From Oceanispirochaeta sp. (GTDB taxonomy: Bacteria > Spirochaetota > Spirochaetia > DSM-2461): DNA of 64,000 bases. A program made the position numbers and the translations under genes. The notes beneath the pieces are model-generated. The model did no database searches. It saw nothing but the letters and a program-made list of their open reading frames with translations, and was not told the origin of the DNA. Shown piece after piece: positions 9,356-19,860 of the stretch; positions within the stretch are counted from its first letter, which is position 1, and the number at the start of each line of letters is the position of its first letter. The stretch lies in assembly GCA_963666275.2 (NCBI GenBank), contig CAXXOA010000001.1, positions 1,408,001-1,472,000 of the forward strand. Reading direction: 5' to 3'.

Positions 9356-11097
9356 GAGGCCGCTGAAAAAGTCCTGAAGGGCTAAATGAATGACATGGTT
9401 GCATAAAATTGTAGCCATGTCTTTTTTTTATGTTAAAATTTCCTAACTGCTTACCAGGAGAAGCTAAATGGTTCAAAAGCAAATGGAAATGTTATTAAGT
9501 CCCCACAGTGAACTTTATGATCTGTTGATCCCCAAGGATCATCTCCTCCGACGAATAAATGAGCTGATTGATTTTTCTTTCATCTATGATGAACTCTTGA
9601 GGAACTACTGCCCAGACAACGGAAGGAATGCCATTGATCCAGTCAGGCTCTTTAAATATCTCCTGCTGAAGGTTATCGACAATCTATCAGACGTGGATAT
9701 TGTGGAGCGTTCCAGATACGATCTTTCCTACAATTTTTTTTTGGGAATGGCTCCTGAAGATCCAGTGATCAACCCAAGCTCCTTGACCAAATTCCGGAAG
9801 TTACGTTTAAAGGACTCAAACCTGTTGGATTTACTGATTGGTAAGACAGTTCAAATAGCTCTGGATAAAGGTATAATAAAGTCGAAGTCTACCATTGTCG
9901 ACGCGACTCATACCCGGTCCCGCTACAATCAGAAAAGTGCTGTAGAAATACTTCGTGAGATTTCAAAACGCCTTCGTAAAGCTGTATATAGTATTGATGA
10001 ATCAATCAAAGAAAGCCTCCCTCCTAAAGCCGTAACCGGAACTCTTGAAGACGAGATCGATTATTGTCAGAAACTCGTTGAAGCCGTTCAAAAAGTCCCG
10101 GTAGTAAGCGAATATCCGAAAGTCAAAGAGAAATTGAATCTATTACAGGAGAAAATTACTGACGATCTAGAGCGTTTAGAAGAGGGAAATGATAAAGATG
10201 CCCGTGTCGGGCATAAAAGTGCAGACACCTCTTTCTTCGGGTATAAAACTCACATCGCAATGACTGAAGAGAGAATTATTACCGCAGCAGTCGTTACCAG
10301 TGGTGAGAAAACCGATGGAAAGCAGCTTCCTGAATTATTGGAAAAGAGTAAGTCTACAGGTATGGAGATAGACACCATTATCGGAGATGCAGCTTACTCA
10401 GGGAAAGATAACATTGATATGACAAAGAAGCAGAATCTTCAACTGGTATCGAAGCTTAACCCAAGTGTTTTGGATGGATGCAGGAAGCCCAATGAGGTTC
10501 TGGATTTCAATAAAGACGCTGGGATGTATGTGTGTAAGGCTGGGTATCTGGCTTTCCGAAAGGCAGTACAGGGAAAGAAAAGTGGTGGAAAGAACCAAGT
10601 CATTACCTACTATTTCGATGTTGAGAAATGTAAGAAATGTCCTATGAAAGAAGGCTGCTACAAAGATGGTGCAAAATCAAAATCATATTCGGTAAGTATA
10701 AAATCCGACTTACATAAAGAGCAGGCATCGTTTCAGGAGAGTGAATACTTCAGATTGAAGGCCAGGGAAAGATACAAAATCGAAGCCAAGAACAGTGAAT
10801 TGAAAAATCGTCATGGATACAATGTTGCCGTCTCAAAGGGGCTTGAGAATATGCAGCTACAGGGAGCAGTCTCAATGTTTGTTGTAAATCTGAAAAGAAT
10901 CCTGAAAATAACGATGTAAATCCAATCATAACCGACTTTAACTCACCCTAGATGATAAAACCCCATTAACCGGGAGAAATCAAAGGTCAGAAATGCTCGA
11001 AGTTAACTATATTGGAGTCAAAAACTGATTTATCCCCACAAAAGAAAAAAGGCCACAAAATCCTAAATAGAATTCTGCAACCTTTTTCAGCGGCCTC
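9356..11097 (+). mobile_element. IS1182-family insertion sequence, 1742 bp
   Basis: Perfect 16-bp terminal IRs GAGGCCGCTGAAAAAG (9356-9371 and 11082-11097); 8-bp direct repeat TTTAAAAG at 9348-9355 and 11098-11105. Confidence 0.92.
9468..10919 (+). CDS. IS1182-family DDE transposase
   Basis: IPKDHLLR.IN.LIDFSF, GR.AIDP, IVDATH, GYKTH, GDAAYS, C..CP....C, RYKIEAKNSELK. Confidence 0.92.
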   Translation: MVQKQMEMLLSPHSELYDLLIPKDHLLRRINELIDFSFIYDELLRNYCPDNGRNAIDPVRLFKYLLLKVIDNLSDVDIVERSRYDLSYNFFLGMAPEDPVINPSSLTKFRKLRLKDSNLLDLLIGKTVQIALDKGIIKSKSTIVDATHTRSRYNQKSAVEILREISKRLRKAVYSIDESIKESLPPKAVTGTLEDEIDYCQKLVEAVQKVPVVSEYPKVKEKLNLLQEKITDDLERLEEGNDKDARVGHKSADTSFFGYKTHIAMTEERIITAAVVTSGEKTDGKQLPELLEKSKSTGMEIDTIIGDAAYSGKDNIDMTKKQNLQLVSKLNPSVLDGCRKPNEVLDFNKDAGMYVCKAGYLAFRKAVQGKKSGGKNQVITYYFDVEKCKKCPMKEGCYKDGAKSKSYSVSIKSDLHKEQASFQESEYFRLKARERYKIEAKNSELKNRHGYNVAVSKGLENMQLQGAVSMFVVNLKRILKITM

Positions 11098-11273
11098 TTT
11101 AAAAGAGCCGGTTTTTTTATTTATAACTACTATTTATGAGTCTTAAAATATCAGGGTGTATAAAAAAATAGACATATTCAATACCTCTTTAATAGTCTAT
11201 ATTTTTCTAAGATATTTTTTAAATCCATATAATATAACGTAATAAATGTGTTTTACCGATACTGGCCGGTATT

Positions 11274-11289
11274 TGGCCCCAATATTGCA
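11274..11289 (+). promoter_or_regulatory. sigma-54 (-24/-12) promoter of the RpoS-like sigma gene
   Basis: TGGCCCCAATATTGCA = GG-N10-GC, ending about 25 nt before the ATG; AT-rich region upstream. Confidence 0.7.
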
Positions 11290-11314
11290 TATATATCTGC
11301 AGGGGGTGAATACT

Positions 11315-12157
11315 ATGAGACGACGTTCATCAGATACCAGTTATGAAACAAGTATGAAATTTTATCTTGATGAGATCTCCCGTTATCCACTACTGACATT
11401 TGAAGAAGAAATTGAACTGGCAGAGAAAATTGCATCCGGCGATATGGCCGCACGGCAGAAAATGATAAACTCAAATCTCCGGCTTGTGGTGAAACTGGCC
11501 AGTGCCTATAGAATTGCAGGTGTCAGCCTGATGGATCTTGTTCAGGAAGGGAATCTCGGTTTGATAAAAGCCGCGGAACGCTACGACTATCAGAAAAAGG
11601 TCCGGTTCTGCACCTATGCCGCCTGGTGGATTAAACAGGCGATTACACGCTACCTGACAGACCGGAGCCGGTCTATCAGACTTCCCTACAGAAAAGAGGA
11701 AGCTCTGCGTCATATGCAGGATTTTATTACTACTTTTACAAATGATCAGATGCGTTCTCCTTCGCTGAAGGAAATCTCCGAAGGAACGGGAATCAAATAC
11801 AGCGATGTCCTTTCCATAATGGAGTTTTCAAGCAATCCCGTGTCTCTCTATTCAGAAACGAATATTGAAAACGGAACACTCATCGATTTTCTCGAAGACA
11901 CCAGTTTTAATCCCGACGAGGCTCTTTTCAGGAAATGCGCTCTGGAAGATACAAGAAAATCCCTGGCTGAACTGAAAGAGAAGGAAAGGGATATCCTGAA
12001 ATTCCGCTACAATTTCGTAGACGGGAAGAAGCATACTCTGAAAACCATCGGAGAACAGATGGGAATCTCTCCCGAGACAGTCAGGCAGATTGAGATCCGG
12101 GCTTTGAAGAAACTGAAGGATCAGGCTGTGGATTTACAGGAATATATGTACTCCTGA
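11315..12157 (+). CDS. sigma-70 group-2 sigma factor, RpoS-like
   Basis: Region 1.2 YLDEISRYPLLT; region 2 NLRLVV..DLVQEGNLGLIKA..YAAWWIKQAI; region 4 ETVRQIE; no region 1.1; start after AGGGGG. Confidence 0.88.
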   Translation: MRRRSSDTSYETSMKFYLDEISRYPLLTFEEEIELAEKIASGDMAARQKMINSNLRLVVKLASAYRIAGVSLMDLVQEGNLGLIKAAERYDYQKKVRFCTYAAWWIKQAITRYLTDRSRSIRLPYRKEEALRHMQDFITTFTNDQMRSPSLKEISEGTGIKYSDVLSIMEFSSNPVSLYSETNIENGTLIDFLEDTSFNPDEALFRKCALEDTRKSLAELKEKERDILKFRYNFVDGKKHTLKTIGEQMGISPETVRQIEIRALKKLKDQAVDLQEYMYS

Positions 12158-12203
12158 TTCGATTCGTTATTGACCAGCACCGGAATATTTCTTTACATTC
12201 TAT

Positions 12204-12236
12204 AAAGCAGAACCTGCGGGTTCTGCTTTTCTTTTT
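12204..12236 (+). terminator. Intrinsic terminator after the sigma gene
   Basis: AAAGCAGAACC-TGCG-GGTTCTGCTTT followed by a T tract. Confidence 0.7.
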
Positions 12237-12251
12237 AACCGGGAGCTTTAA

Positions 12252-13265
12252 ATGAAAGTATTGGGAATTGAAACTTCCTGTGATGAATGTGCCGCTTCAA
12301 TTGTCGAGGACGGACGGATCATTCACAGTAACGTGATAGCAACACAGTTGGATCTGCATCAGCCGTATCAGGGAGTCGTTCCGGAAATAGCATCCCGTCT
12401 CCATACGGAATGGATACAGTCCGTGGTAACCCGGTCTCTCAATGATGCGGGGATGACCGTAACAGATCTGGATGCGGTGGCCGCGGCTAACCGGCCCGGT
12501 CTTGTGGGGTCCCTGCTGGTGGGGCTTTCCTATGTCAAAGGTCTGGCATTTTCTCTGGGAATTCCTTTTGTGGGGGTGGATCATGTGAGAGCCCATCTTT
12601 ATGCTCCCCATCTGGAGCAGGATATTCCCTATCCCTATCTGGGTCTGCTTGTTTCAGGCGGTCACTCGGTGATCTCCATTGTCCGGGGTTTTGATGATAT
12701 TGAAGTGCTGGGGACAACCATCGACGATGCCTGCGGAGAGGCCTTTGACAAGGTTGCCAAATACTACAACCTGGGGTATCCCGGGGGTGTTTCCATCGAT
12801 AATCTGGCCCGGAAGGGAAATCCGAAGGCATTCAACTTTCCCACCCCCAATCTGCATAAAGGGGATCATGAATACGATGTCTCCTATTCGGGGCTGAAAA
12901 CAGCTGTGATTAATCAGCTGGATCAGTTCTGGAACCGGGATTATGAAAAAACGCCGGAAAATATTGCCGCGGCTTTTCAGAAGAGGGCTATAGGAATCCT
13001 TGTCAAAAAGCTCAAAAAAGCCATAAAAAACACAGGGATAAGCCGGGTTGTGGCCGGAGGGGGTGTGTCGGCCAACTCCTATCTGAGGTCGGAGCTCAGC
13101 AGCATGAGGGGTGTGGAAACCTATTATCCTTCACTGACACTCTGCACCGATAACGGAGCCATGATTGCAGGGATTGCCTATCACTATCTGCAGAGGGGTG
13201 ACCGGGATGATCTGTCGCTGACTGCAAAAGCCCGTGTTCCCTCTTTTAAAAGGTCATACCCCTGA
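12252..13265 (+). CDS. tsaD: tRNA N6-threonylcarbamoyltransferase TsaD
   Basis: LGIETSCDE, GVVPEIASR.H, LVSGGH, DDACGEAFDK, CTDNGAMIA. Confidence 0.96.
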   Translation: MKVLGIETSCDECAASIVEDGRIIHSNVIATQLDLHQPYQGVVPEIASRLHTEWIQSVVTRSLNDAGMTVTDLDAVAAANRPGLVGSLLVGLSYVKGLAFSLGIPFVGVDHVRAHLYAPHLEQDIPYPYLGLLVSGGHSVISIVRGFDDIEVLGTTIDDACGEAFDKVAKYYNLGYPGGVSIDNLARKGNPKAFNFPTPNLHKGDHEYDVSYSGLKTAVINQLDQFWNRDYEKTPENIAAAFQKRAIGILVKKLKKAIKNTGISRVVAGGGVSANSYLRSELSSMRGVETYYPSLTLCTDNGAMIAGIAYHYLQRGDRDDLSLTAKARVPSFKRSYP

Positions 13266-13412
13266 TTAATAAACTTGCATAATCAGCCCCTGAGCGGTTA
13301 TTGTAATAGGGTTGGGAGCATAGAGCCGGTTCTTGTTTATGGATGAACTGCCCTCTGGAATCCGAACCATCTGAATAAATCCGTATAATACCGTAATAGT
13401 TAGGAGAATATA

Positions 13413-13949
13413 ATGAGTACTTTTAATCTGGATGATTCTATAAGAAAAATTCCTGATTTCCCCCACAAGGGAATACTGTATTTTGATATTACCAGTATTC
13501 TTACCAACCCGGAGGCCTTTTCCTGGTGTATAGATCAGATGTGCGAATATTACAGGGATAAAGAAATTCACGCCGTAGCGGCAATCGAATCCCGGGGATT
13601 TATCTTTTCCGCTCCCTTTGCCAAAGCCATGGGGATCCCTCTGATTCTGGTGAGAAAGGCGGGTAAACTTCCGGGGGTTACCCTGAAGAAAGCCTATCAG
13701 CTTGAATATGGAAAGGCGGAAGTGGAGATCCATCAGACAGATGTACCCCAGGGAAAGAATGTCCTCCTTGTGGATGATCTGCTGGCTACGGGCGGAACCA
13801 TGAGCGCTTCTGTGGAACTTCTGACCATGGGGGGAGCCAATGTGAATCATATCTTTGGTGTCATTGGTCTTCCTTTCCTCGGTTATGCGGAGAAACTGCC
13901 GGGAATGGACATAAAAACTCTGGTGGAATATAACAGCGAAAAAGCCTGA
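13413..13949 (+). CDS. apt: Adenine phosphoribosyltransferase
   Basis: PDFP..GI...DIT, ESRGF, RKAGKLPG, VDDLLATGGT. Confidence 0.95.
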   Translation: MSTFNLDDSIRKIPDFPHKGILYFDITSILTNPEAFSWCIDQMCEYYRDKEIHAVAAIESRGFIFSAPFAKAMGIPLILVRKAGKLPGVTLKKAYQLEYGKAEVEIHQTDVPQGKNVLLVDDLLATGGTMSASVELLTMGGANVNHIFGVIGLPFLGYAEKLPGMDIKTLVEYNSEKA

Positions 13950-14005
13950 TTCTGCTAAATCTGCAGGGGGAAAATCTAAAGTATTGAAAAAGTTTTTCTA
14001 TCGTA

Positions 14006-14034
14006 TTGACAGAAAATCTCAATCATTATATTAT
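14006..14034 (+). promoter_or_regulatory. sigma-70 promoter of the tRNA pair
   Basis: TTGACA-N17-TATTAT. Confidence 0.75.
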
Positions 14035-14097
14035 CCCCTCAGATTGAAGCAGCAAGGCAGACGCCAAAGCGGAAAACCTTGCTGAATCATGAAATAT

Positions 14098-14169
14098 TTC
14101 CCGATAGTGTAATTGGTAACACTGCAGATTCTGGTTCTGCCTTTGGGGGTTCGAGTCCTCCTCGGGAAG
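14098..14169 (+). tRNA. tRNA-Gln (CTG)
   Basis: Acceptor TTCCCGA/TCGGGAA; anticodon arm GCAGA-TTCTGGT-TCTGC; GGTTCGAGTCC. Confidence 0.93.
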
Positions 14170-14184
14170 ATAGCAAAATACAGA

Positions 14185-14256
14185 GGTCCCTTCGTCTAAC
14201 GGCTAGGACAGGAGATTCTCATTCTTCAAATAGGGGTTCGATTCCCCTAGGGACTA
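14185..14256 (+). tRNA. tRNA-Glu (CTC)
   Basis: Acceptor GGTCCCT/AGGGACT; anticodon arm GGAGA-TTCTCAT-TCTTC; GGTTCGATTCC. Confidence 0.93.
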
Positions 14257-14257
14257 T

Positions 14258-14284
14258 AACCGGCTAAGCTAAGCCGGTTTTTTT
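14258..14284 (+). terminator. Intrinsic terminator after the tRNAs
   Basis: AACCGGCT..AGCCGGTT followed by a T tract. Confidence 0.8.
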
Positions 14285-14303
14285 GTAAATAAAACCATTT
14301 AGC

Positions 14304-14342
14304 GATGTATATTTATTTACAAAAGCTGTATAAATATTTATC
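14304..14342 (+). promoter_or_regulatory. Tandem ARG boxes (putative ArgR operator) before carAB
   Basis: GATGTATATTTATTTACA-AAA-GCTGTATAAATATTTATC: two 18-mers 3 bp apart. Confidence 0.6.
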
Positions 14343-14355
14343 TGAGGGGTATTAT

Positions 14356-15507
14356 ATGCAGGAAAAAGCATACCTCATACTGGAAGACGGAACAGTCTTT
14401 CCAGGTAAGGGGTTTGGCGAAGCGGCACCCAGGGTCTCTAAATTAGCAGGAGAGCCTGTGAAACCTTTCGGAGAAGTAGTTTTTAATACGGGTATGTCGG
14501 GGTATCATGAAATACTGACCGATCCTTCCTATACCGGACAGCTTGTAACAATGACTTATCCCCATATTGGAAACTATGGAACCGAAGACGACTGGTCTGA
14601 AAACGGCCCGGAACCGGATTCACGAAAAGATGTGAAAGTATCCGGTTTTATTGTCCGATCCCTGTATGACGGCCCCATCCCGGAGGGTCGAAAATCCCTT
14701 CATTCATTTATGGCTGACAATGGTATTTCCGGAATTACAGGAATAGATACCAGAAGACTGACCCTCCGTCTGAGGGATCTGGGCAGCTGTAACGGTGTTA
14801 TCGTAAGGACAGACAGCGAAAACGCTCCTCTCACAGAAGAAGATGTCAACACAGTTAAAGAGTACCTTGAAACTCTTCCTTCCATGGAAGGCCAGAACCT
14901 TATCGGCGGCGTGGGAACAGAGGTTCCTTATGAAATCGACGGCGACGGGCCTCATGTGGCTCTTCTGGACTGTGGAATTAAAGCCAATATCATCAGAATC
15001 CTGGAATCCAGGAACTGCAGGGTCACACTTTTTCCGTCGGACAGTACTTTTGAAGAGATTCAGAAAGTCAAACCCGACGGTCTGTTCCTGTCAAACGGCC
15101 CCGGTGATCCCGGTGTTCTCAAAAAACAGGTTCAGCTCACAAAAGATGCGCTGGGAAAACTGCCTGTGGTCGGTATCTGTCTGGGACATCAGATCCTGGG
15201 GCAGGCCATCGGAGCGGAGACCTATAAAATGAAGTTCGGTCATCACGGTATCAACCATCCTGTCCGGGATGAAGAGACAAAAAAAGTTTTTGTCACCTCC
15301 CAGAATCATGGATTTGCCGTCAACGAAGAGACTCTCCCCGAGGGTGTCACCGTCCGCTTCAGAAATGCCAACGATCAGTCTGTCGAAGGCCTGGAATGGA
15401 AAGAGAAAAAACTTCTCTGTGTACAGTTCCATCCTGAAGCGGCACCGGGACCAGTGGAATCCAGTTGGATTTTTGATGCCTTTCTTGAGACTATTAAGGA
15501 GAAATAA
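14356..15507 (+). CDS. carA: Carbamoyl-phosphate synthase small subunit
   Basis: [38 protein letters not shown]. Confidence 0.96.
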   Translation: MQEKAYLILEDGTVFPGKGFGEAAPRVSKLAGEPVKPFGEVVFNTGMSGYHEILTDPSYTGQLVTMTYPHIGNYGTEDDWSENGPEPDSRKDVKVSGFIVRSLYDGPIPEGRKSLHSFMADNGISGITGIDTRRLTLRLRDLGSCNGVIVRTDSENAPLTEEDVNTVKEYLETLPSMEGQNLIGGVGTEVPYEIDGDGPHVALLDCGIKANIIRILESRNCRVTLFPSDSTFEEIQKVKPDGLFLSNGPGDPGVLKKQVQLTKDALGKLPVVGICLGHQILGQAIGAETYKMKFGHHGINHPVRDEETKKVFVTSQNHGFAVNEETLPEGVTVRFRNANDQSVEGLEWKEKKLLCVQFHPEAAPGPVESSWIFDAFLETIKEK

Positions 15508-18500
15508 TGCCTGCCAGAACAGATATACATAAAATCATGATAATCGGGTCGGGACCCATTATTATCGGACAGGCCTGTGAGTTTGACTATTCGGGAACTC
15601 AGGCTGTAAAAGCTTTGAAAGAAGAGGGTTATGAAGTCATACTGGTGAATCCCAATCCGGCGACTGTGATGACCACTCCCGGTATTGCCGACAGGATCTA
15701 TGTAGAGCCTCTCACAGTAAAATATGCCACTGAAATTATCCGGAAGGAGAGGCCTGATGCGATCCTTTCCACCATGGGCGGCCAGACAGGACTCAATCTG
15801 ACTCTGGATCTGGAAGCCGCCGGGGTTCTTGAAAAATACAATGTGGAAGTGATCGGTGCCAGAACCGAATCCATCCATAAAGCCGAAGACAGGGGTGCCT
15901 TTAAAAAGGTCATTGAATCCCTTGGTTTGGAATCGCCCAGATCTATTACGACCAAAACCGTAGCCGGGGCTCTCAAGCTGGAAAAGGAAGTCGGACTTCC
16001 CCTGGTTATCCGGCCCAGTTTTACCCTGGGAGGTATGGGGGGCAGTATCGCCTATTCCCACGAGGAACTGAAAGATCTTGTAGAAAAAGCCCTTCTGGAA
16101 AGTCCTGTAGGGGAAGCTCTGATTGAAGAGTCCCTGATCGGCTGGAAAGAGTTTGAGCTTGAAGTCATGAGAGACAAAGCGGACAATGCCATCATTGTCT
16201 GTTCCATAGAAAATATTGACCCCATGGGAGTCCATACGGGAGACAGTATCACCATTGCTCCGGTTCAGACCCTTTCGGACAGAGAGTATCAGGTCATGCG
16301 GACAGCGGCGATCGATATTCTCAGAGCCATCGGAGTAGACTGCGGCGGTTCGAATGTACAGTTTGCTGTAAAGCCAGATACGGGGCGAATGATTGTCATC
16401 GAAATGAATCCCAGAGTTTCCCGTTCCTCCGCTCTGGCCAGTAAGGCCACAGGGTTTCCTATCGCCCGGGCCAGTGCGAAACTGGCGGTCGGTTATACAC
16501 TGGATGAAGTTACCAATGAAATCACAGGGAAAACAGCCTCCTGTTTTGAACCGGCTCTTGATTACTGTGCGGTAAAGGTTCCCCGGTTTGAAATGGAGAA
16601 GTTCCCTACCGGATACGGTGCACTGGGAACCCAGATGAAGTCGGTCGGTGAGGCTCTGGCTCTGGGTAGGACTGCCATTGAGGCCCTGAACAAGGCCCTC
16701 AGAGCCTCTGAAACCGGTTTTGACGGTCTCACTGAGCTGCAGGGTGTTGATGATAAAGGTCTTGAAACCGTCCTGACCACAGCCCATCCCCGGAGACTGC
16801 TGGGAGCTTATACCTGGCTGAAAAGGAATCCCGAAGGGGATATTCAGATGCTCTCTGATATGACAGGCTTCAATGCATGGTTTCTCTACCAGATCAAACA
16901 GCTTGTGGATCTGGAAAAGAGGGTGGTCCAATCGGGAACACCCGATAAAGAGCTCCTTCTGGAAGCCAAGCAGGCCGGGCTGTCTGATGAAAAAATCGGA
17001 GAGTATACAGGAAAGCCGGCCGGTGAAATCAAAAAACTGAGAGAATCTCTGGGAATTGAGCCTGCCTATCACTTTGTGGATACCTGTGCGGGAGAAATCA
17101 ATGCGGAGACCCCCTATTTCTACTCAACCTGGGGAGAGATCGATGAAGGGACTCCTACAGGGGAGGAAGGGGTTATTATCCTGGCCTCCGGGCCCAACAG
17201 GATCGGTCAGGGTCTTGAGTTCGATACCTGCTGTACCCTGGCATCCCTGAGTTACAGGGAACTGGGTAAAAAGACAATCATGATCAACTCCAATCCCGAG
17301 ACTGTTTCAACAGACTTCAATATTTCCGACAGACTCTACATGGAGCCTCTCACAGCAGAAAGCGTTATTCAGATCATGAAAAAAGAGGATGTCAAACGGG
17401 TTGTCGTTCAGCTCGGCGGACAGACGCCTCTGAATATGGTGGAGGAGCTTGAAGAAGCGGGCGCCGAAATTATCGGGACTTCAGTGGATAATATCAATAT
17501 GGCGGAAGACAGAAAACTTTTTTCTGAAGCCATGAATAAACTGGGGCTGAACCAGCCGGACAATAAAAGTGCGGTCACTCCCGAAGAGGTAGCGCTCTTT
17601 TCCAAGGATATCGGTTTTCCCGTACTCCTGAGACCCTCCTTTGTTCTGGGCGGAAGAAGCATGTTCATTGCCTATTCGGAAAAAGAACTGGAGATCTTCC
17701 TCAGTAAGGGAATCCCCATCTCAAAAGAGAGACCTGTTCTGGTCGATCAGTTTCTGGAAGATGCTTTCGAGTATGATCTGGATGCTGTCTCAGATGGGAA
17801 GAATGTCTATATCGGCGGCATTATGCAGCATATCGAAGCGGCGGGAGTCCATTCCGGCGATTCGGCCTGTGTCTTCCCTCCCTATAAATCGACTCCAGTG
17901 ATCCTGGAGGAGATGGTAAGCGCTGCGGCCTCTATCGCCCGGGAGTTTCAGGTCAAAGGATTTCTGAATATTCAGTTTGCAGTCAAAGACGATGTCCTTT
18001 ATATCCTGGAGGTTAACCCCAGGGGGTCCAGAACTGTTCCCTTCCTTTCCAAGGCTTCCGGAGTCAATCTGATCGAAGCGGCTGTGAAAGTATGGAATGG
18101 TGTGGATCTGAAAGAGCAGAAACTTGTGGATGATTCCGGTATCGGTCAGGGGGCCTGTCAGACAGGCTGGGCTGTGAAAGAGGCTGTTTTCTCCTTTGAC
18201 AGGTTTGCCGGACTGGATCCTGTTCTGGGGCCGGAAATGAAGTCTACAGGAGAAGCCATCGGAATCGGAGAGACCTACGGTGAGGCCTTTGCAAAGGTGC
18301 AGGCTGCGGTCGGTTCCTACCTCCCCACAAAGGGGAGGGTGTTTGTCTCGGTCAACGACAAAGATAAGGAAACGATTCTGCCTATCATCAAAGACCTTCA
18401 TGATATGGGATTCGATATAGCCGCTACCAGAGGGACAGCGGATTTCCTCTACAAACATGATATTTTTGCTGAGGTGATCCTGAAGCTTCATGAAGGGCAT

Positions 18501-18728
18501 CCCAATGTGGTGGATCATATGAGAAGCGGCAGGATAAACCTGCTCATCAACACCCCTCTGGGAAGATTCTCCCAGATACAGGATGAAGATATAAGAACCG
18601 AGGCGGTCAGAAGGAAAGTTCCCTATTCAACAACAACCAGTGCGGCCCAGGCGGCAGTGGTGGGTATACGGTACCTGAGAGATGAAAAAATCTCTGTTGT
18701 GCCTCTTCCCGAGACCCTCAAAAGATAA
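15507..18728 (+). CDS. carB: Carbamoyl-phosphate synthase large subunit
   Basis: [17 protein letters not shown], duplicated ATP-grasp domains, C-terminal MGS domain. Confidence 0.97.
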   Translation: MPARTDIHKIMIIGSGPIIIGQACEFDYSGTQAVKALKEEGYEVILVNPNPATVMTTPGIADRIYVEPLTVKYATEIIRKERPDAILSTMGGQTGLNLTLDLEAAGVLEKYNVEVIGARTESIHKAEDRGAFKKVIESLGLESPRSITTKTVAGALKLEKEVGLPLVIRPSFTLGGMGGSIAYSHEELKDLVEKALLESPVGEALIEESLIGWKEFELEVMRDKADNAIIVCSIENIDPMGVHTGDSITIAPVQTLSDREYQVMRTAAIDILRAIGVDCGGSNVQFAVKPDTGRMIVIEMNPRVSRSSALASKATGFPIARASAKLAVGYTLDEVTNEITGKTASCFEPALDYCAVKVPRFEMEKFPTGYGALGTQMKSVGEALALGRTAIEALNKALRASETGFDGLTELQGVDDKGLETVLTTAHPRRLLGAYTWLKRNPEGDIQMLSDMTGFNAWFLYQIKQLVDLEKRVVQSGTPDKELLLEAKQAGLSDEKIGEYTGKPAGEIKKLRESLGIEPAYHFVDTCAGEINAETPYFYSTWGEIDEGTPTGEEGVIILASGPNRIGQGLEFDTCCTLASLSYRELGKKTIMINSNPETVSTDFNISDRLYMEPLTAESVIQIMKKEDVKRVVVQLGGQTPLNMVEELEEAGAEIIGTSVDNINMAEDRKLFSEAMNKLGLNQPDNKSAVTPEEVALFSKDIGFPVLLRPSFVLGGRSMFIAYSEKELEIFLSKGIPISKERPVLVDQFLEDAFEYDLDAVSDGKNVYIGGIMQHIEAAGVHSGDSACVFPPYKSTPVILEEMVSAAASIAREFQVKGFLNIQFAVKDDVLYILEVNPRGSRTVPFLSKASGVNLIEAAVKVWNGVDLKEQKLVDDSGIGQGACQTGWAVKEAVFSFDRFAGLDPVLGPEMKSTGEAIGIGETYGEAFAKVQAAVGSYLPTKGRVFVSVNDKDKETILPIIKDLHDMGFDIAATRGTADFLYKHDIFAEVILKLHEGHPNVVDHMRSGRINLLINTPLGRFSQIQDEDIRTEAVRRKVPYSTTTSAAQAAVVGIRYLRDEKISVVPLPETLKR

Positions 18729-18748
18729 TCCTGTCAGACAGGATCAGG

Positions 18749-18777
18749 CCCTGCAGGATGACTGCAGGGTTTTTTTT
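18749..18777 (+). terminator. Intrinsic terminator after carB
   Basis: CCCTGCAG-GATGA-CTGCAGGG followed by T8. Confidence 0.8.
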
Positions 18778-19495
18778 ATTTCCGGGAGACACTCCCCAGA
18801 CCGCTTACTGTAATGCTGTTCCGTTCTACAGGCCCGCTGTATTCTATGCTGCCCAAACCGGCCAGGGAGCCCGAAAGATCTCCCCCGGCCATGCGAATGG
18901 AGATGCTTCCGGCACCGGAGAGCTGAATATCCGCATTAGTGACCTGGGATGAGGAGAAATCAATGGCACCCGCTCCGGGCATCTGAATCTTCAGGTTTTC
19001 AATGCGATTGTTTCTACCCTGTATGTCTCCCATGCCATTGCTCAGAATAGAGAGTGAATCTGTCTCAAAATCCTGAATTTCCACATGGGCCAGACCCGTA
19101 TTGCTGAGATGTGTCAGTTCCGGCAGGGTTATCCGGGTTTTTATATCCTCCCGGTTCTGCTTCTTTTCACTGGAGCTGTGGAGTCTCAGTGTCGTGTTCT
19201 CAATCTGACTCTGAAAATTGGCCGGATCACTACCCTCGGGTATGAGAATCTCCAGAGAAGCCTTGTCGGAGCGGAGGATTTCCACATCCCAGACACCGTC
19301 GAGAACAACCCTGCTGATTGTATCCGGCAGGTTTTCCTTCCGGCCCTGATAGGCTGTGAAATCGGAAAAGCCCCTTTCGTCGTCCCCGGGAAGAGAGGGG
19401 GCCAGGCGTAATGTAAGCAGTCCTCCTGTCAGCAGAAGTATGAGGAAGGCTAACAGTCCGGCAAGGATGGCAGTACTTGTTCTTATTCTTTTCAT
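18776..19495 (-). CDS. GIN/DUF2807 beta-helix membrane-anchored protein
   Basis: N-terminal TM helix; repeated (S/P)G(A/L)G(S/A)I motifs. Confidence 0.75.
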   Translation of the reverse strand: MKRIRTSTAILAGLLAFLILLLTGGLLTLRLAPSLPGDDERGFSDFTAYQGRKENLPDTISRVVLDGVWDVEILRSDKASLEILIPEGSDPANFQSQIENTTLRLHSSSEKKQNREDIKTRITLPELTHLSNTGLAHVEIQDFETDSLSILSNGMGDIQGRNNRIENLKIQMPGAGAIDFSSSQVTNADIQLSGAGSISIRMAGGDLSGSLAGLGSIEYSGPVERNSITVSGLGSVSRK

Positions 19496-19860
19496 GGTTT
19501 TTTCCTCCTGTAGGCCTCATAGTAGTCGATGATGGTTTCGCTGCTGATTTCCAGCAGCTCCATGTTTCTGAAGAGCTGGGGCAGTTCTTTTTCAAGGAAT
19601 TGTGTTCTCATAATCTCAGTAATTTTCTCTGACGCATTCTCGGTGGGGAAGTAGCCTATTCCCCTTTTATTCCAGATAATGCCCTGATCCTGAAGGCTGT
19701 TATAGGCTCTTACGACTGTATTGGGGTTTACTTCGAACTCAGAGGCTGTTTCTCTGACAGAAGGGATCCTGTTCTGGAGACCGAGTTCCCCTCTGAGGAT
19801 CCTTTCGCAGATATTGTCGGCAATCTGCAGGAAAATGGGCTTGTTCTCTTTAAATTCCAT
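19492..19860 (-). CDS. GntR-family (YtrA subfamily) regulator
   Basis: PIFLQIA, IPSVRE.A....VNPNTV.RAY..L, RGIGYF. Confidence 0.92.
   Translation of the reverse strand: MEFKENKPIFLQIADNICERILRGELGLQNRIPSVRETASEFEVNPNTVVRAYNSLQDQGIIWNKRGIGYFPTENASEKITEIMRTQFLEKELPQLFRNMELLEISSETIIDYYEAYRRKKP

Noticed and set aside
14050..14084. Hairpin containing GACGCCAAAGC, reminiscent of a c-di-GMP-I riboswitch
   Set aside because: No GNRA/receptor second stem; it sits in a tRNA leader
14079..14267. 62-aa ORF (likewise 48659-48871 and 35446-35737)
   Set aside because: These overlap tRNA genes
15375..17072. Long antisense ORFs (also 846-1952, 2039-3091, 5936-7069, 25079-26353, 28185-29297, 32688-33689, 38422-39780)
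   Set aside because: They mirror well-conserved genes on the other strand and show no motifs; typical shadow ORFs
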